NCBI GenBank assembly: GCA_963732425.1
Contig: CAVSZN010000017.1
Location: 18,974-82,973, forward strand
DNA from: an uncultured Alphaproteobacteria bacterium
Lineage (GTDB): Bacteria > Pseudomonadota > Alphaproteobacteria > Acetobacterales > Acetobacteraceae
Reading direction: 5' to 3'
DNA: 64,000 nucleotides
The position numbers and the translations under genes were made by a program. Of the stretch, positions 12,517 through 23,245 are shown in pieces (position 1 is the first letter of the stretch; the number at the start of each line of letters is the position of its first letter). Under the pieces are notes generated by a model that saw nothing but the letters and a program-made list of their open reading frames with translations, searched no databases and was not told the origin of the DNA.

Positions 12517-12905
12517 TTGAACTGGTTCCGTGACTTACCAGCGCCGGCCGGAGCGAGGCATCGGTTCGCAGGACCAGCCATCGCCATCGGCATCAAGGTG
12601 GCGAAAATATCCGGGTTCGCCGATCCGGGCGGTGCCGAAGCCCAAGGCGCGGGCCTCGGCGCAGGTTCCTTGGAACGTAGATCGCGCGCGTCAGGCTCGC
12701 GGGCACATAGGGCGCGATCAGCCACAACACTGCGCAGAAACCAAGCGCTCCCAACGCGGCAAGGATCGGCCGCGCGATCGACCAACGGATCGCCGTAGAC
12801 GCGCGCCGCAAGGCCTGGCCGCAGCAGCATGAGCGCCAAGCCGCCCGCCGCCAGCCCTGCCAGCAGCAGATGCACGCCCGGCAACCTCGCCATCGCATCC
12901 AGCAT
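12498..12905 (-). CDS. hypothetical membrane protein (probably frameshifted; C-terminus uncertain)
   Basis: Hydrophobic segments VHLLLAGLAAGGLALMLL and, in another frame, ILAALGALGFCAVLWLIAP; stop lies inside REP copy 1. Confidence 0.4.
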   Translation of the reverse strand: MLDAMARLPGVHLLLAGLAAGGLALMLLRPGLAARVYGDPLVDRAADPCRVGSAWFLRSVVADRALCAREPDARDLRSKEPAPRPAPWASAPPGSANPDIFATLMPMAMAGPANRCLAPAGAGKSRNQFKVSRGP

Positions 12906-12956
12906 GGCGCCATCTCACCAGATCCGCCGCCGCCCTGGCCACTCCTGCCGATCGAG

Positions 12957-13016
12957 GGTCTCCAAAGGCCTCGGGCCTTTGGTGGGTCGGGTTCGGGGAG
13001 GGCAAGGCCCTGCCTG
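12957..13016 (-). repeat. REP-like element, copy 2 (inverted relative to copy 1)
   Basis: Reverse complement reads caggcagggccttgccctccccgaacccgacccaccaaaggcccgaggcctttggagacc, the same architecture as copy 1. Confidence 0.65.
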
Positions 13017-13086
13017 ATCGCTTCCCCATCGACGCCCCGCGCGACAACCCGCTACGCTTCCGCTCAAGGAAACGGGAGGAACAATC

Positions 13087-14054
13087 ATGATCACACGACG
13101 CAGCCTCGCACTCGCGGCGGCGGGCACCACCATGGCCGGCGCGGCGCGGGCGCAGGCCGCCTGGCCCGAGAAGCCGGTGCGCGTCATCATCGGCTATCCT
13201 GCCGGCGGTCCGACCGACCTGGTCGGGCGCCTGTTGCAGGAACCGTTGCAGCGCCTGTGGGGCCAGCCCGTGGTGATCGAGAATCGCCCTGGAGCGAGCC
13301 AGATCATCGCCAGCGAGGCCGTCGCGCGTTCCCCCGCCGATGGCTACACGCTGCTGCTCGCGGCCAGCACGCATGTGAGCAACCCTGCGGTGCAGCCGCG
13401 GCTGCCCTACGACACGGTGGCGGATTTCACGCCGATCTCGGTGCTCTACGCGTCGCCGACCGTGCTGTTCGTCAGTGCCGAGACGCCGTATCGCACGGTG
13501 CAGCAACTGGTCGAAGCGGCGAAGCGCACGCCGGGCATGGCCTTCGCGTCCTCCGGCAACGGATCCTCGGGCCATTTCGCGCTGGAGATGTTCAGCCGCA
13601 AGGCCGGCATCGAGGTCACGCATGTCGCCTTCCGCGGCGCAGCGCCGGCCTTGCAGGAGGTGATCTCGGGCCGCGTGCCGGCCACCTTCAGCACGCTTGT
13701 CGGGCGCGATCGGCCTGGTGCGCCAGGGTGGCATCCGCGCCATCGCGGTCAGCGGCCCGCAGCGCGCGCCGGTGCTGCCCGACGTGCCGACGCTTGGCCG
13801 AGGCCGGGCTCGATATTCCCGACACCAGCCCGTGGTATGGCTTCATCGGTCCGAAGGGCCTGCCGCAGGCCGTGGTGGACCGCGTCGCGCGCGATTCGCT
13901 CGCCCTGATGCGTGATGGCACGATGATGGAGCGCATCCGCGACACCGGCGGCGTCGTCATCGCCGAGGGGCCGCGCGAATTCGCCGCGCGGATCACGCGC
14001 GAGATCGAGGAGAACCGCGATATGGCGCGGGAGGCCGGCGTACGCGTCCAGTAG
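13087..14054 (+). CDS. Bug/TctC tripartite tricarboxylate transporter substrate-binding protein (frameshifted)
   Basis: Tat-like MITRRSL, WPEKPVRVIIGYPAGGPTD, QPVVIENRPGA, ADGYTLL, SSGNGS, PDVPT, WYGFIGPKGLP. Confidence 0.92.
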
Positions 14055-14133
14055 CCTGCCGCGGCGCCGGCTTTTCGCGAGTTGGCGCCGTTTCCTTTGT
14101 ACCACAAGGGAGTGTGGCAGCTTGTTGCCGCGC

Positions 14134-14149
14134 CTACCACATGTGGTAG
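14134..14149. promoter_or_regulatory. NrdR box upstream of nrdB
   Basis: Perfect 16-bp palindrome ctaccacatgtggtag ending 40 bp before the nrdB ATG; matches the NrdR consensus core. Confidence 0.7.
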
Positions 14150-14189
14150 AAGGGGCGACGCCGCGACAGCAGGGGACAGGGGCAGCAGC

Positions 14190-15245
14190 ATGGCCGACGG
14201 GATCACGCACGACGAGCTTCCGGTGAAGTTCGACCTTCTCACCGCGAACCCGGTCTACAAGCCGTTCCGCTACCCCTGGGCCTATGACGCCTGGCTGACG
14301 CAGCAGCGCATCCATTGGCTGCCGGAGGAAGTGCCGCTCGCCGATGACGTGAAGGACTGGCAGAAGAACCTCACGGAGTCCGAGCGCAACCTGCTGACGC
14401 AGATCTTCCGCTTCTTCACCCAGGCCGATGTCGAGGTGAACAACTGCTACATGAAGCAGTACTGCCAGGTGTTCAAGCCGACCGAAGTGCTGATGATGAT
14501 GTCGGCGTTCTCGAACACCGAGACGATCCACATCGCCGCCTACAGCCACCTGCTCGACACCATCGGCATGCCCGAGATCGAGTACACCGCCTTCCTCAAA
14601 TACAAGGAGATGAAGGACAAGTACGACTACATGCAGACCTTCTCGGTCGAATCGAAGACCGAGATCGCCAAGACGCTGGCCGCCTTCGGCGCCTTCACCG
14701 AGGGGCTGCAGCTGTTCGCCTCCTTCGCGATCCTGATGAACTTCCCGCGCTTCAACAAGATGAAGGGCATGGGGCAGATCGTGTCGTGGTCGGTGCGCGA
14801 CGAGACGCTGCACTGCCTGTCCGTCATCCGCCTGTTCCGCACCTTCGTGCAGGAAAATCCCGAGATCTGGACAGCGGAGTTGAAGCGCGACCTGTATCGT
14901 CATCTGCGCCACCATCGTGGAGCATGAGGACGCCTTCATCGACCTCGCCTTCGAACTGGGCGGCGTGCAGGGCCTCGATGCGGCGCAGACGCAAAGCACT
15001 ACATCCGCTTCATCGCCGACCGCCGGCTGCAGCAGCTCGGCCTCGAGCCGCTCTACAACATCGAGAAGAACCCGCTGCCCTGGCTCGACGAGATGCTGAA
15101 CGCCGTCGAGCACACCAACTTCTTCGAGAACCGCGCGACGGAATATTCCAAGGCGAGCACCGGCGGGACCTGGGAGGACGCCTTCGCGGATTCCGTGTTC
15201 TCGACGCCGCAACCCGAGGGCGAGATCGACACCGTTCGCCACTGA
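14190..15245 (+). CDS. nrdB: class I ribonucleotide reductase beta subunit (frameshifted)
   Basis: YKPFRYPWA, HWLPEEV, FFTQAD, ETIHIAAYSHL (radical Tyr), FTEGLQLFASF, VRDETLH, HTNFFENR. Confidence 0.95.
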
Positions 15246-15323
15246 GGCGGGCATCACGGTCACACTGTGACATGCGGGGAGCCCTTGCGCGCCCCGCTGC
15301 GTGCGGACTAACAGCGCCGCATC

Positions 15324-16002
15324 ATGCTCCGTGCCATACGCTTCGCATCCGTCCTTCTCGTTGTCCTGCTCGGCGGCGTCTGGGCCATCGCCTGGTTCGC
15401 GCGCGCGCCGGGCGAATCCGTCGCCGACGCCTTCCTGCGCCAGCTCGCGCGGATGACCGGCGCCGACATGCCGGCTGCCATCGCGCCGGCGGCGTGCAGC
15501 TCGCCCAGGGCGTGTCGCTCGGCGGGCCCTTCACGCTGGTGGACCAGACCGGCAAGACGGTGACCGAGCGCGACTTCGCCGGCCGTCCGCTGCTGGTCTA
15601 TTTCGGCTTCACCTACTGCCCCGATGTCTGCCCGACCGAACTCGGCACCATCGCCGCCGCACTCGATGCCATGGGCCCGGCCGGGGAGCAGCGTGACGCC
15701 GGTCTTCATTTCCATCGATCCGGAGCGCGATACGCCCGAGGCGATGGCCGACTACGTCTCGCGCTTCCATCCGCGCATGATCGGTCTGACCGGCAGCGCG
15801 GATCAGATTGCGCAGGCCGCGCGCGCCTACCGCGTCTATTACGCGAAGGTGCAGCCGCGCGACACAACCGCCTATCTCATGGATCACTCGTCATTCATCT
15901 ATTTCGTTGGACCCGATGGCACGCGTCCGGAGCCTGTTCCGCCCGGACAGCACGCCTGAGGCGATTGCCGCGGCCGTCAGTGCACAGCTTCGCGCGTTTT
16001 GA
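15324..16002 (+). CDS. SCO1/SenC family Cu chaperone (frameshifted)
   Basis: GGPFTLVDQTG, YFGFTYCPDVCPTEL, FISIDPERDT, YLMDHSSFIY. Confidence 0.9.
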
Positions 16003-16099
16003 CACGCAGGGTTCCGAAGTATCACGATTGGCACTATAACGTCGCATCGCGATCCGGTGTCCGTTGATGCACCAGGCACAGGAATCGGCGGAGGGCATC

Positions 16100-16387
16100 A
16101 TGTCGTTCGATGATCACGACGGCGACAAGCGCCGCGAAGGGGGACGAGGCGCCACGACGGCGCCGCGCCATACCCGTCGGCTGTCCGACAAGATCCTGAT
16201 CGCGTTCCACCATGCCTGCGACCAGGGCGACTTCGAGGTTGCGGAGGATTTGCTGCGCATCCTCGAGATGATGCTCACGCGGCGTCCCGCTTCGCCGGAT
16301 TCGAACCGGCGCAAAAATCTGGAAAGCCTGGTGGCGGCGCATGAGCGGCTGTGGCTGCTTCGCCACCCCGAGGTGCGCGACCAATAG
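16100..16387 (+). CDS. hypothetical helical protein
   Basis: RRLSDKILIAFHHACDQGDFEVAEDLLRILEMM; GAGG RBS and protein-like composition. Confidence 0.7.
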   Translation: MSFDDHDGDKRREGGRGATTAPRHTRRLSDKILIAFHHACDQGDFEVAEDLLRILEMMLTRRPASPDSNRRKNLESLVAAHERLWLLRHPEVRDQ

Positions 16388-16390
16388 GGC

Positions 16391-17129
16391 CTATTCGGGC
16401 GCCAAGGCGACGCCGCGGCGCAGCACGGCCTCGGCGGCTTCGGTGAAGGCGCCATCGGCTTCATGCAGCACGAAGGCGCGCAACAGCCGCGCCGGGGAAC
16501 GCCCCGACCTGCGCGCAGCGGATCAGGCACGCGCTTGGCGGCCTGGCCCGGCGCGCGGCGACGACCGGCAGCAGCGTGACCGACCCGCAGCCAGCCTGGC
16601 GCAGCGCCGCGACGCCGGCATCGAAGCGCGCCGCCGGCAGCACCAGGCTCACCGTGCCGCGATCGCGCAAGGCCGCCGTCAGGAAGCCCGCCCAGGCCAC
16701 GAGCCCCGCCCCCGATTCATGCGTGGCCGCGCGACGCACCGCGCCGGGTGGCGGCGTGCCATCGGGCCAATAGGGCGGATTGGCGAGAGACCTGGTCGCA
16801 GCGCACCCAGGCGCCGCGCCAGCGCGAGGTCGGCAACGTCACCCTCGCTCACCGATGCATCGGCGCCATTGGCCGCGGCGTTGCTCGCGCGCCAGCGCGG
16901 CCATCGCCGGATCGCGTTCCACCGCGGCGATGCGAAGGCCCGGCACCCGCGCAGCGAGGCAGAGGAAGGCGGCGCCGCTGCCGCAGCCGGCCTCGAGCAC
17001 GCGCTCACCGGTGCGCGCCGGCACGAAGGCGGCCAGCAGCACGGCGTCCAGCCCGGCGCGGAAACCCTGTCGCGGCTGGCGCAGCCGCACCCGGCCATCC
17101 AGCAGCGTATCCTCGGTCGTATCGCTCAC
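16391..17129 (-). CDS. SAM-dependent methyltransferase, tRNA1(Val) m6A37 (YfiC/TrmN6)-like (frameshifted)
   Basis: EDTLLDGRVRLRQPRQGFRAGLDAVLLAA, VLEAGCGSGAA, ANPPYW; usual position beside DUF2007 and ispB. Confidence 0.82.
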
Positions 17130-17338
17130 GCCGGGGCCTCGCCGGCCTCCCGCAGGACGGCGCGGGCGCGCGCCTCATCGTCCGTCACCACGGCGAGGCG
17201 GCGGGGGAAGGCGCCGATACCGCCCTCGATCGCGCTGATATGCGCATCGAGCACGATGCTGTCGATGCCGGCATCGCTCAGCAGGGCGCGCAGGAAGGAC
17301 AGCCGGACCGGGTCCGTGGTGGTGGCGACGACGCGCAT
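17126..17338 (-). CDS. DUF2007-like small protein
   Basis: TTDPVRLSFLRALLSDAGI...DAHISAIEGGIGAFPRRLAV. Confidence 0.8.
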   Translation of the reverse strand: MRVVATTTDPVRLSFLRALLSDAGIDSIVLDAHISAIEGGIGAFPRRLAVVTDDEARARAVLREAGEAPA

Positions 17339-17426
17339 CGCAAGTGCATTTCCCTTGGTTTTTCCGCTGCTTGCCGCCTGGGCGGGGCGTGACTATGGTG
17401 CGCGCCACAGCAGGAGAAGAGCAAGG

Positions 17427-18546
17427 GTGAGCGCCATCGCCAAGCCGCTCGTCGCCGGCACGGCGCCAGGAAATGTCGCCGGCACGGCGCGGGAAATGTC
17501 GCCGGCACGGCGCCAGGCAATGCCGCCGGCCCGGCGCCGCAGGACACCGTGCCCGCGCGCAAGGGCGAGGACGCGCTGAGCGCGCTGACCACCCTGGTGC
17601 GCGACGACCTCGAAGCCTGCAACCGCCTTATCGTCGAGCGCATGCAGAGCGACGTCGCGCTGATACCGACACTCGCCGCCCATATCGTCGCCGCCGGCGG
17701 AAAGCGCCTGCGCCCGCTGCTGACACTCGCCGCCGCGCGGATGTGCGGCTATCGCGGGCAGCGCCATGTCGGCCTCGCCGCCTGTGTCGAGTTCATCCAC
17801 ACCGCGACCCTGCTGCACGATGATGTGGTCGATGAAAGCGCGCTGCGCCGCGGCCAGGCCTCGGCCAATGCGCTGTTCGGCAACAAGGCCTCGGTGCTGG
17901 TCGGCGACTTCCTGTTCTCCCGCGCCTTCCAGGTGATGGTCGAGGACGGCTCGCTCGAAGTGCTGCGCATCCTCTCCGCCGCCTCGGCGACGATCGCCGA
18001 GGGCGAGGTGCTGCAACTGATCACCCAGAACGACACCACGACGACCGAGGCAGCAGTATCTCAAGGTCATCGAGGGCAAGACCGCCGCGCTGTTCGCCGC
18101 CGCGACCGAGGTCGGCGCCGTCGTCGCCGACCAGCCGCCGGCGCGCCAGGCCGCCCTGCGCGACTTCGGCATGGCCCTTGGCGTCGCCTTCCAGCTGGTG
18201 GATGACGCGCTCGACTACAGCGCGGACCAGCAGGCGCTCGGCAAGACCGTCGGCGACGATTTCCGCGAGGGCAAGATCACCTTGCCCGTGCTGCTCGCCT
18301 TCGCGCGCGGCAGCGAGGAGGAACGCGGCTTCTGGCGCCGCACGCTGGAGCAGCGCGAGCAGACGGACAGCCGACCTTGGCCAGGCGCTGGCGCTGATGC
18401 GCCGCCACGATGCGCTGGCCGACACGATCGGGCGCGCGCGCCTGTATGGCGACCAGGCGGTGGCCGCGCTCGCCGCCTTCACCGACACGGCGGAGAAGCG
18501 CGCGCTCGCGGAGGTGGTCGCTTTCTGCATCGAGCGGGCGCGGTAG
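17427..18546 (+). CDS. ispB: polyprenyl diphosphate synthase (frameshifted)
   Basis: GGKRLRP, EFIHTATLLHDDVVD...RRG, FQLVDDALDY, GKTVGDDFREGKITLP; GTG start after an AGGAG RBS. Confidence 0.9.
17451..17543 (+). repeat. 24-bp coding tandem repeat (about 4 units, VAGTAPGN)
   Basis: gtcgccggcacggcgccaggaaat units at 17451, 17475 (23 bp), 17498 and a degenerate unit at 17522. Confidence 0.85.
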
Positions 18547-18714
18547 CGCGCCTGTGCGTCATCCCGGCGGGATGGGTTTGCCTCATGCCGCGGCCGCGCA
18601 TCCGGCCCGCCGGCGAAGGCCGGGCAAGCCGGAGGTCGGTGCGCGGTGCCTGATCGAGACCTGCGGGGACATGAAGGGCCGAATGCCGACGGCCGGAGCA
18701 TTCGGCCGCCGGTA

Positions 18715-20298
18715 TCAGGCCCGCTGCCGTGTCGGCGCGGCCATGCCGTCGCTCAGCAGCGCCGCGCAGAATGCCGCCGGTCCGTGTTGCTCCACATAGA
18801 CGCGCCGGGCGGCGCGACGCAGCGCCGGCTGCGCCGTTTCCTCCAGGATGGCGGCAGCCAGTGCCTCGGGGTCATGGCTCACCGGCACCAGGCGCACGGC
18901 GCCGCCATATTCCGTGAAGGCGCCGATATCCGAGGCGAGGATGGGTATGTCGCGCGACAGCAGTTGCGGAATGATGCCGGAGCTCTCGCCGGCATTGTCC
19001 TTCCGCAACTGCATCGCGACATCGACGCCGTTCATCAGCTCGCCCAGCCTGCCCATCGGCGGGTTGTCGTGCAGTTCGAGCCCGGGCTCGCCGCACAGCC
19101 CTTCCTCCTGCGCATAGCGGGCGACGTTGAAGCCGGCGAGCACCAGGCTGGCGCCCGGGTGTTCCTGTCGCAGCCGGCGGAAGGTGGCCATGATGGCGTC
19201 GGTGCCCTTGGATCTCGCCGGATAGCCGAAGGAGCCGATGCGCAGCCCGCCGGCGGGGCGCTGGGCGCGCGGCGCGAAGGGTTCGAGCACCGGCAGGTAC
19301 AGGTCGCGCTGCTCCAGCGCGTCGAGGTCCGGCCAGGCGGGCAGCAGGATGTCGCGCGCGGCGCGCGAATGCAGGATGACGCCATGCAGCGGCAGGTCCG
19401 CGAACAGCGCGCGCGCGGCCAGGCCGGCCTCGCCGATGATGCTCGCCACATGGCCCGTCGCAACCTCGTTCCAGTCGGCGGACGGGATTTCCGCAAGCGC
19501 GGCCCCGCGCAGCAGGACGGCCAGGTTCAGCCGATGCCGTTCGGCATGGAGCCGCGCCAGGTTGAACAGCACCGGGTCGTGCAGTTGCAGCCAGTTCGGC
19601 GCCAGCGGGTCGAGGTGCCGGGTCTCGCGCAGCAGCCGCAGCACCGGCAGGTGATGGTCGGAATTGCCCATCACCCAGATCACCGCCTGGTAGCGTCGGG
19701 TCGCCAGGGCATAGGACAGCGCCGCCAGGCCATGGATGGCGAGCGGACCGCCACGCCGGGGCAGGCGATGCACCGCGGCAAGATAGGCCGCCGCATCGGG
19801 GAAGGGGGCGAAGATGTCGACGCCCACCGGCGCTGCCTCGAAGGTCCGCAGCGTGTATTCGGCGATGCCGGTTTCCATCGGCGGCAGCACCGATACCACG
19901 GCAATCCGGGGCGACGTCGCTTCGCCGGCGTCGTTCAGCCGCCTCAGCGAATCCTGCAGGACGAAGGCGGCGCCATTGCCGCCATCGTCCATCAGGCGCG
20001 AGACCCCGGCGCCGATGTCGTCGAGCCGCCTGCGCGCGGCATCGTGCTGCGCCTGCAGGCCGTCCAGGCGATGTTCCACATGCTGGCGATGGCCGTGCAT
20101 CTGCTCGCTCAGCAGCCCGCCCATGGCTTGGGTACGCTGGTTCACCAGCCCGCCCAGCCCCTGGATCTGCTGCTCCAGCTGCTTGCCCAGCGTCTCGCTG
20201 CGTCCGCCGTTCGCCGTGTACCAAAGGTCGCGCAACCGCTGCGCCACGGAAGGCGCGACCCGATCAAGCGCCCGCCCGATTGTGTGTGTGACGCGCAT
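18715..20298 (-). CDS. GT-B (GT4-like) glycosyltransferase with N-terminal coiled coil
   Basis: IAVVSVLPPMETGIAEY, VMGNSDHH, IGSFGYPARSKG, GESSG...PILASDIGAFTE. Confidence 0.78.
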   Translation of the reverse strand: MRVTHTIGRALDRVAPSVAQRLRDLWYTANGGRSETLGKQLEQQIQGLGGLVNQRTQAMGGLLSEQMHGHRQHVEHRLDGLQAQHDAARRRLDDIGAGVSRLMDDGGNGAAFVLQDSLRRLNDAGEATSPRIAVVSVLPPMETGIAEYTLRTFEAAPVGVDIFAPFPDAAAYLAAVHRLPRRGGPLAIHGLAALSYALATRRYQAVIWVMGNSDHHLPVLRLLRETRHLDPLAPNWLQLHDPVLFNLARLHAERHRLNLAVLLRGAALAEIPSADWNEVATGHVASIIGEAGLAARALFADLPLHGVILHSRAARDILLPAWPDLDALEQRDLYLPVLEPFAPRAQRPAGGLRIGSFGYPARSKGTDAIMATFRRLRQEHPGASLVLAGFNVARYAQEEGLCGEPGLELHDNPPMGRLGELMNGVDVAMQLRKDNAGESSGIIPQLLSRDIPILASDIGAFTEYGGAVRLVPVSHDPEALAAAILEETAQPALRRAARRVYVEQHGPAAFCAALLSDGMAAPTRQRA

Positions 20299-20578
20299 CG
20301 AACGGACCCGCCCTGAGTCTAGAATGCTTGGCGTCTTATATAAATCATCGCAAAATACTCGCAATCGCTTTGTCGTTCACGCCGGTGTCGTGCGCGGCAG
20401 CCGATCGTCGTGGCCGCCGCGCCGCCAAGGTGGCGAGGCCGGGCGGACGGCGGTGGCATGACCGGCGCTTGGGGCATCCGGTGCCCAGAGCGCTTCCCGC
20501 ACGCGGGCACGCCGCCGGTTGCTCCCTTCTTCCATCATGCTGCCGTCGCCTGGCGCGGCGCAGTTTCAGCGAGGCCCC

Positions 20579-21736
20579 ATGCGACCCATCGTCTCGGTTG
20601 TCGTGCCTGTGTTCAACACGCGCCGCTATCTGGAGGCCTGCCTGCGCTCCATCGCGGCGCAGACCCTGGCCGAGATCGAGATCATCTGCGTCGATGACGG
20701 CAGCACCGATGGCAGCCATGAGGTGGTGGCCGCCCTGCAGGCGACCGATCCGCGCATTCGCCTCCTGCGCCATGAGCGCAACCGCGGCATCGGCGCCGCG
20801 CGCAACACCGGCGTGCGCGCGGCGCAGGCCGACTACATCACCGCGGTGGACAGCGACGACACCATCGAGGCGGACATGCTCGCAGCGATGCACGCCGCCG
20901 CGATCGAGGGCGACTTCGATATCGTCACCTGCGGCATGCGCGAGGTGAACGAGCAGGGCGAAACCCTGCGCACGATCATTCCGCAGGACCGGACGATCAT
21001 CATCGAGGGCGCCCATCGCGATGTCTTCGCGATCACCAATCCCTCCGCTGCCACGAAACTCTGGAAGCGGACGCTCCACACCGACAACGATCTCTATTTC
21101 GACGAGACCACCCTGTACGAGGATCTCGGCTGGACCTACCGGGCGCTGTTGCGGTCGCGGCGTATCCGGATCCTGGGCGCGGCCTACTACAACTACCTGC
21201 TGCGCCCCGGCTCGGTGACGCACTCCCTCGGCTGGCGCAACCTGACCGACCACATCGCGACCTTCGAACTGCTGCGCCGCGCGCTGGTGGAGGAAGGCGT
21301 GGCGCGGGACCACGCCGAGCCCTTCCGCAACCTGGTTCGCCAGACGCTGAAATACCATGCCGGCAAGGCGCTGGAAGCCGGTGGGACGAACGAGGATACG
21401 CTGCGCTACCTGCGCTGCATCCTGGCGATCAGGCGCGCCTATACCCTGCCGGACGAGGCTGCCGAGGCGCTGCCGGATGCCGCCGCGATCATCCACGCCA
21501 TCGAGTTCGACGCGGTGGATGCGCGCGACACGCGGCTGCGTGAGCAGCAGGCCCGCATCGACCGGTCCGAGGCAACGATGCGGGAGGCAGCATCGCTGCT
21601 GCGCATGCCGTTGGCGCTGGCCGGCCCGCTGTCTCGCCTGTGCATCGCCCTGGGGCATCTGAGCGGGCAGGCGGGGCCGATGCGTTATGGCCTGAGGCTG
21701 CGGCGGCTGCGGCGGCGGCTCACCCGCCAGGGCTGA
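20579..21736 (+). CDS. glycosyltransferase family 2
   Basis: VSVVVPVFN, EIICVDDGSTDGS, NRGIGAARNTG, VDSDD, YED. Confidence 0.92.
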   Translation: MRPIVSVVVPVFNTRRYLEACLRSIAAQTLAEIEIICVDDGSTDGSHEVVAALQATDPRIRLLRHERNRGIGAARNTGVRAAQADYITAVDSDDTIEADMLAAMHAAAIEGDFDIVTCGMREVNEQGETLRTIIPQDRTIIIEGAHRDVFAITNPSAATKLWKRTLHTDNDLYFDETTLYEDLGWTYRALLRSRRIRILGAAYYNYLLRPGSVTHSLGWRNLTDHIATFELLRRALVEEGVARDHAEPFRNLVRQTLKYHAGKALEAGGTNEDTLRYLRCILAIRRAYTLPDEAAEALPDAAAIIHAIEFDAVDARDTRLREQQARIDRSEATMREAASLLRMPLALAGPLSRLCIALGHLSGQAGPMRYGLRLRRLRRRLTRQG

Positions 21737-21742
21737 CCCGGC

Positions 21743-22958
21743 TCAGCCATCCTGGCGTCGCGGCAGCCCGGCACAGGCCGCCGCCGCCAGCAGCATGGCC
21801 GCCACCCACCAGGCCTGCCACGCGCCGAAGGACAGCATCGCCGTCACGGCGGCCGAGGCCAGCACGCCGGTTGCGGCGGCGGGGCAGGGCGCGCGCGCCG
21901 CCGCCACGCCCAGGAACCAGGCCAGCAGCGCGGCGATCGCCGCGCCGATCCCACCCAGTTCGAGCCACAGCTGCAGCGCGCCGTTATGCGGATGCAGCGG
22001 CAGGATCTGCACATGCGGTTCGGCGAACCAGCGCCGCAGCGCCGGGTCGGTCACGCGCAGGCGGTCCAGCGCGGCCGCGCCGGGCTGGTCGCGCCCGCCG
22101 GGGATCTCGCGGCTCGCTTCCATGCCCCAGCCGGCCAGCGGTCGTTCGGCGATGCGCTCGGCGGCGAAGTCCCAGATCAGCATGCGGTGCAGGGCGGAAG
22201 GCGGCAGGCGCTCGACCGGCAGGGCGGGGATCACGGCGACCAGCAGCGGCATCGCCAGGATCTTGAGGCCGAGCCCCGCGCCGATCACCCGCGGCGCCGC
22301 GCGTGGCGCCAGATGCGCCGCCCCCGCCGCCAGCAGGCCGATCACCGCGGCGATCTTCGCCGTATCCCCCGGCAGCAGGATCAGCACCACGGCGCCGGCC
22401 ATCAGGAAGCCGAGGCGCGACAGCACCGGCCAGGGCAGCGCGACGGCCAGCGGCAGCAGCAGCGCCATCACCGAGCCGGCCGGCTTCAGCCCGAAGGCCA
22501 GCGTCGCCGGCACCTCGCGCAGGCCCCGCACGCCGGCGCGGATGGCATTGCCGCTCAGCGTGTCGATGCCCGCCGGCCAGCAGCCCCACCACCAGCCCGA
22601 AGGCCGGCCAGCAGCACCAGCCGCGCGCCGCGTGGGTGCGTCGCTGTCCTCGATCGCCCGCACGGCGCCGGCGGCCAGCAGCACCATGCCGGCGAGCGAC
22701 AGGCCGGTGGTCAGCGCGCGGCCGGGCTCGATCGCCCAGGCCGCGCTGGCCATGCCCCAGATGCCGAGCGCGAGCGCCATCGCGGCGGCGGCACCGCTCG
22801 GCCAGGGCAGCGCTGCGCTGCTGCCGCCAGAAGGCGATGATGGCGAGCGCCAGCGCCACCAGGGCGATCGGCGCCATCGTCTTGGATTGCAGCACGACGG
22901 CGAACGGCGCCACCAGCAGCGCGACACCGATCGGCAGGGCGGGGGAGGTGGTCTTCAT
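21743..22958 (-). CDS. O-antigen ligase (Wzy_C) family membrane protein (frameshifted)
   Basis: Multi-TM protein with SALHRMLIW, RPLAGWG, LPLHPHNGALQLWLELGGIG. Confidence 0.85.
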
Positions 22959-23245
22959 GCGCGGCGGTCCCTGGCGGGGCTGTTGCGGTCCGAGTGGCGC
23001 TCAAGCCGGCGGGCAACGGCCGCTCGGGGGCGCTTCGCGCATCGTTCGAGCGGTCCGGCCCCCGGCGACCCGGCACCCCCTGGCGCCCGGATGGCGCGTG
23101 TGCGGCGCTTGGGCGGTGCGGCCTGCTCATGCGCCGGGCGGTGTGCCGGCAGCGGCGCCGCGTGGTGGCCAAAGGACCGCCGCCGGCCTGGCCGGGCGGT
23201 TCGGACGGGTCCTGCCCCGCCGCCCCGCCCGCGCCGGCCGGATCG

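Noticed and set aside
15259-15271. Palindrome gtcaca-c-tgtgac before the SCO gene
   Set aside because: Too short and single, and I cannot assign a regulator.
23018-23055. Intergenic hairpin ggccgctcgg...tcgagcggtc
   Set aside because: Single copy in this window, and such stems are common in very GC-rich DNA.
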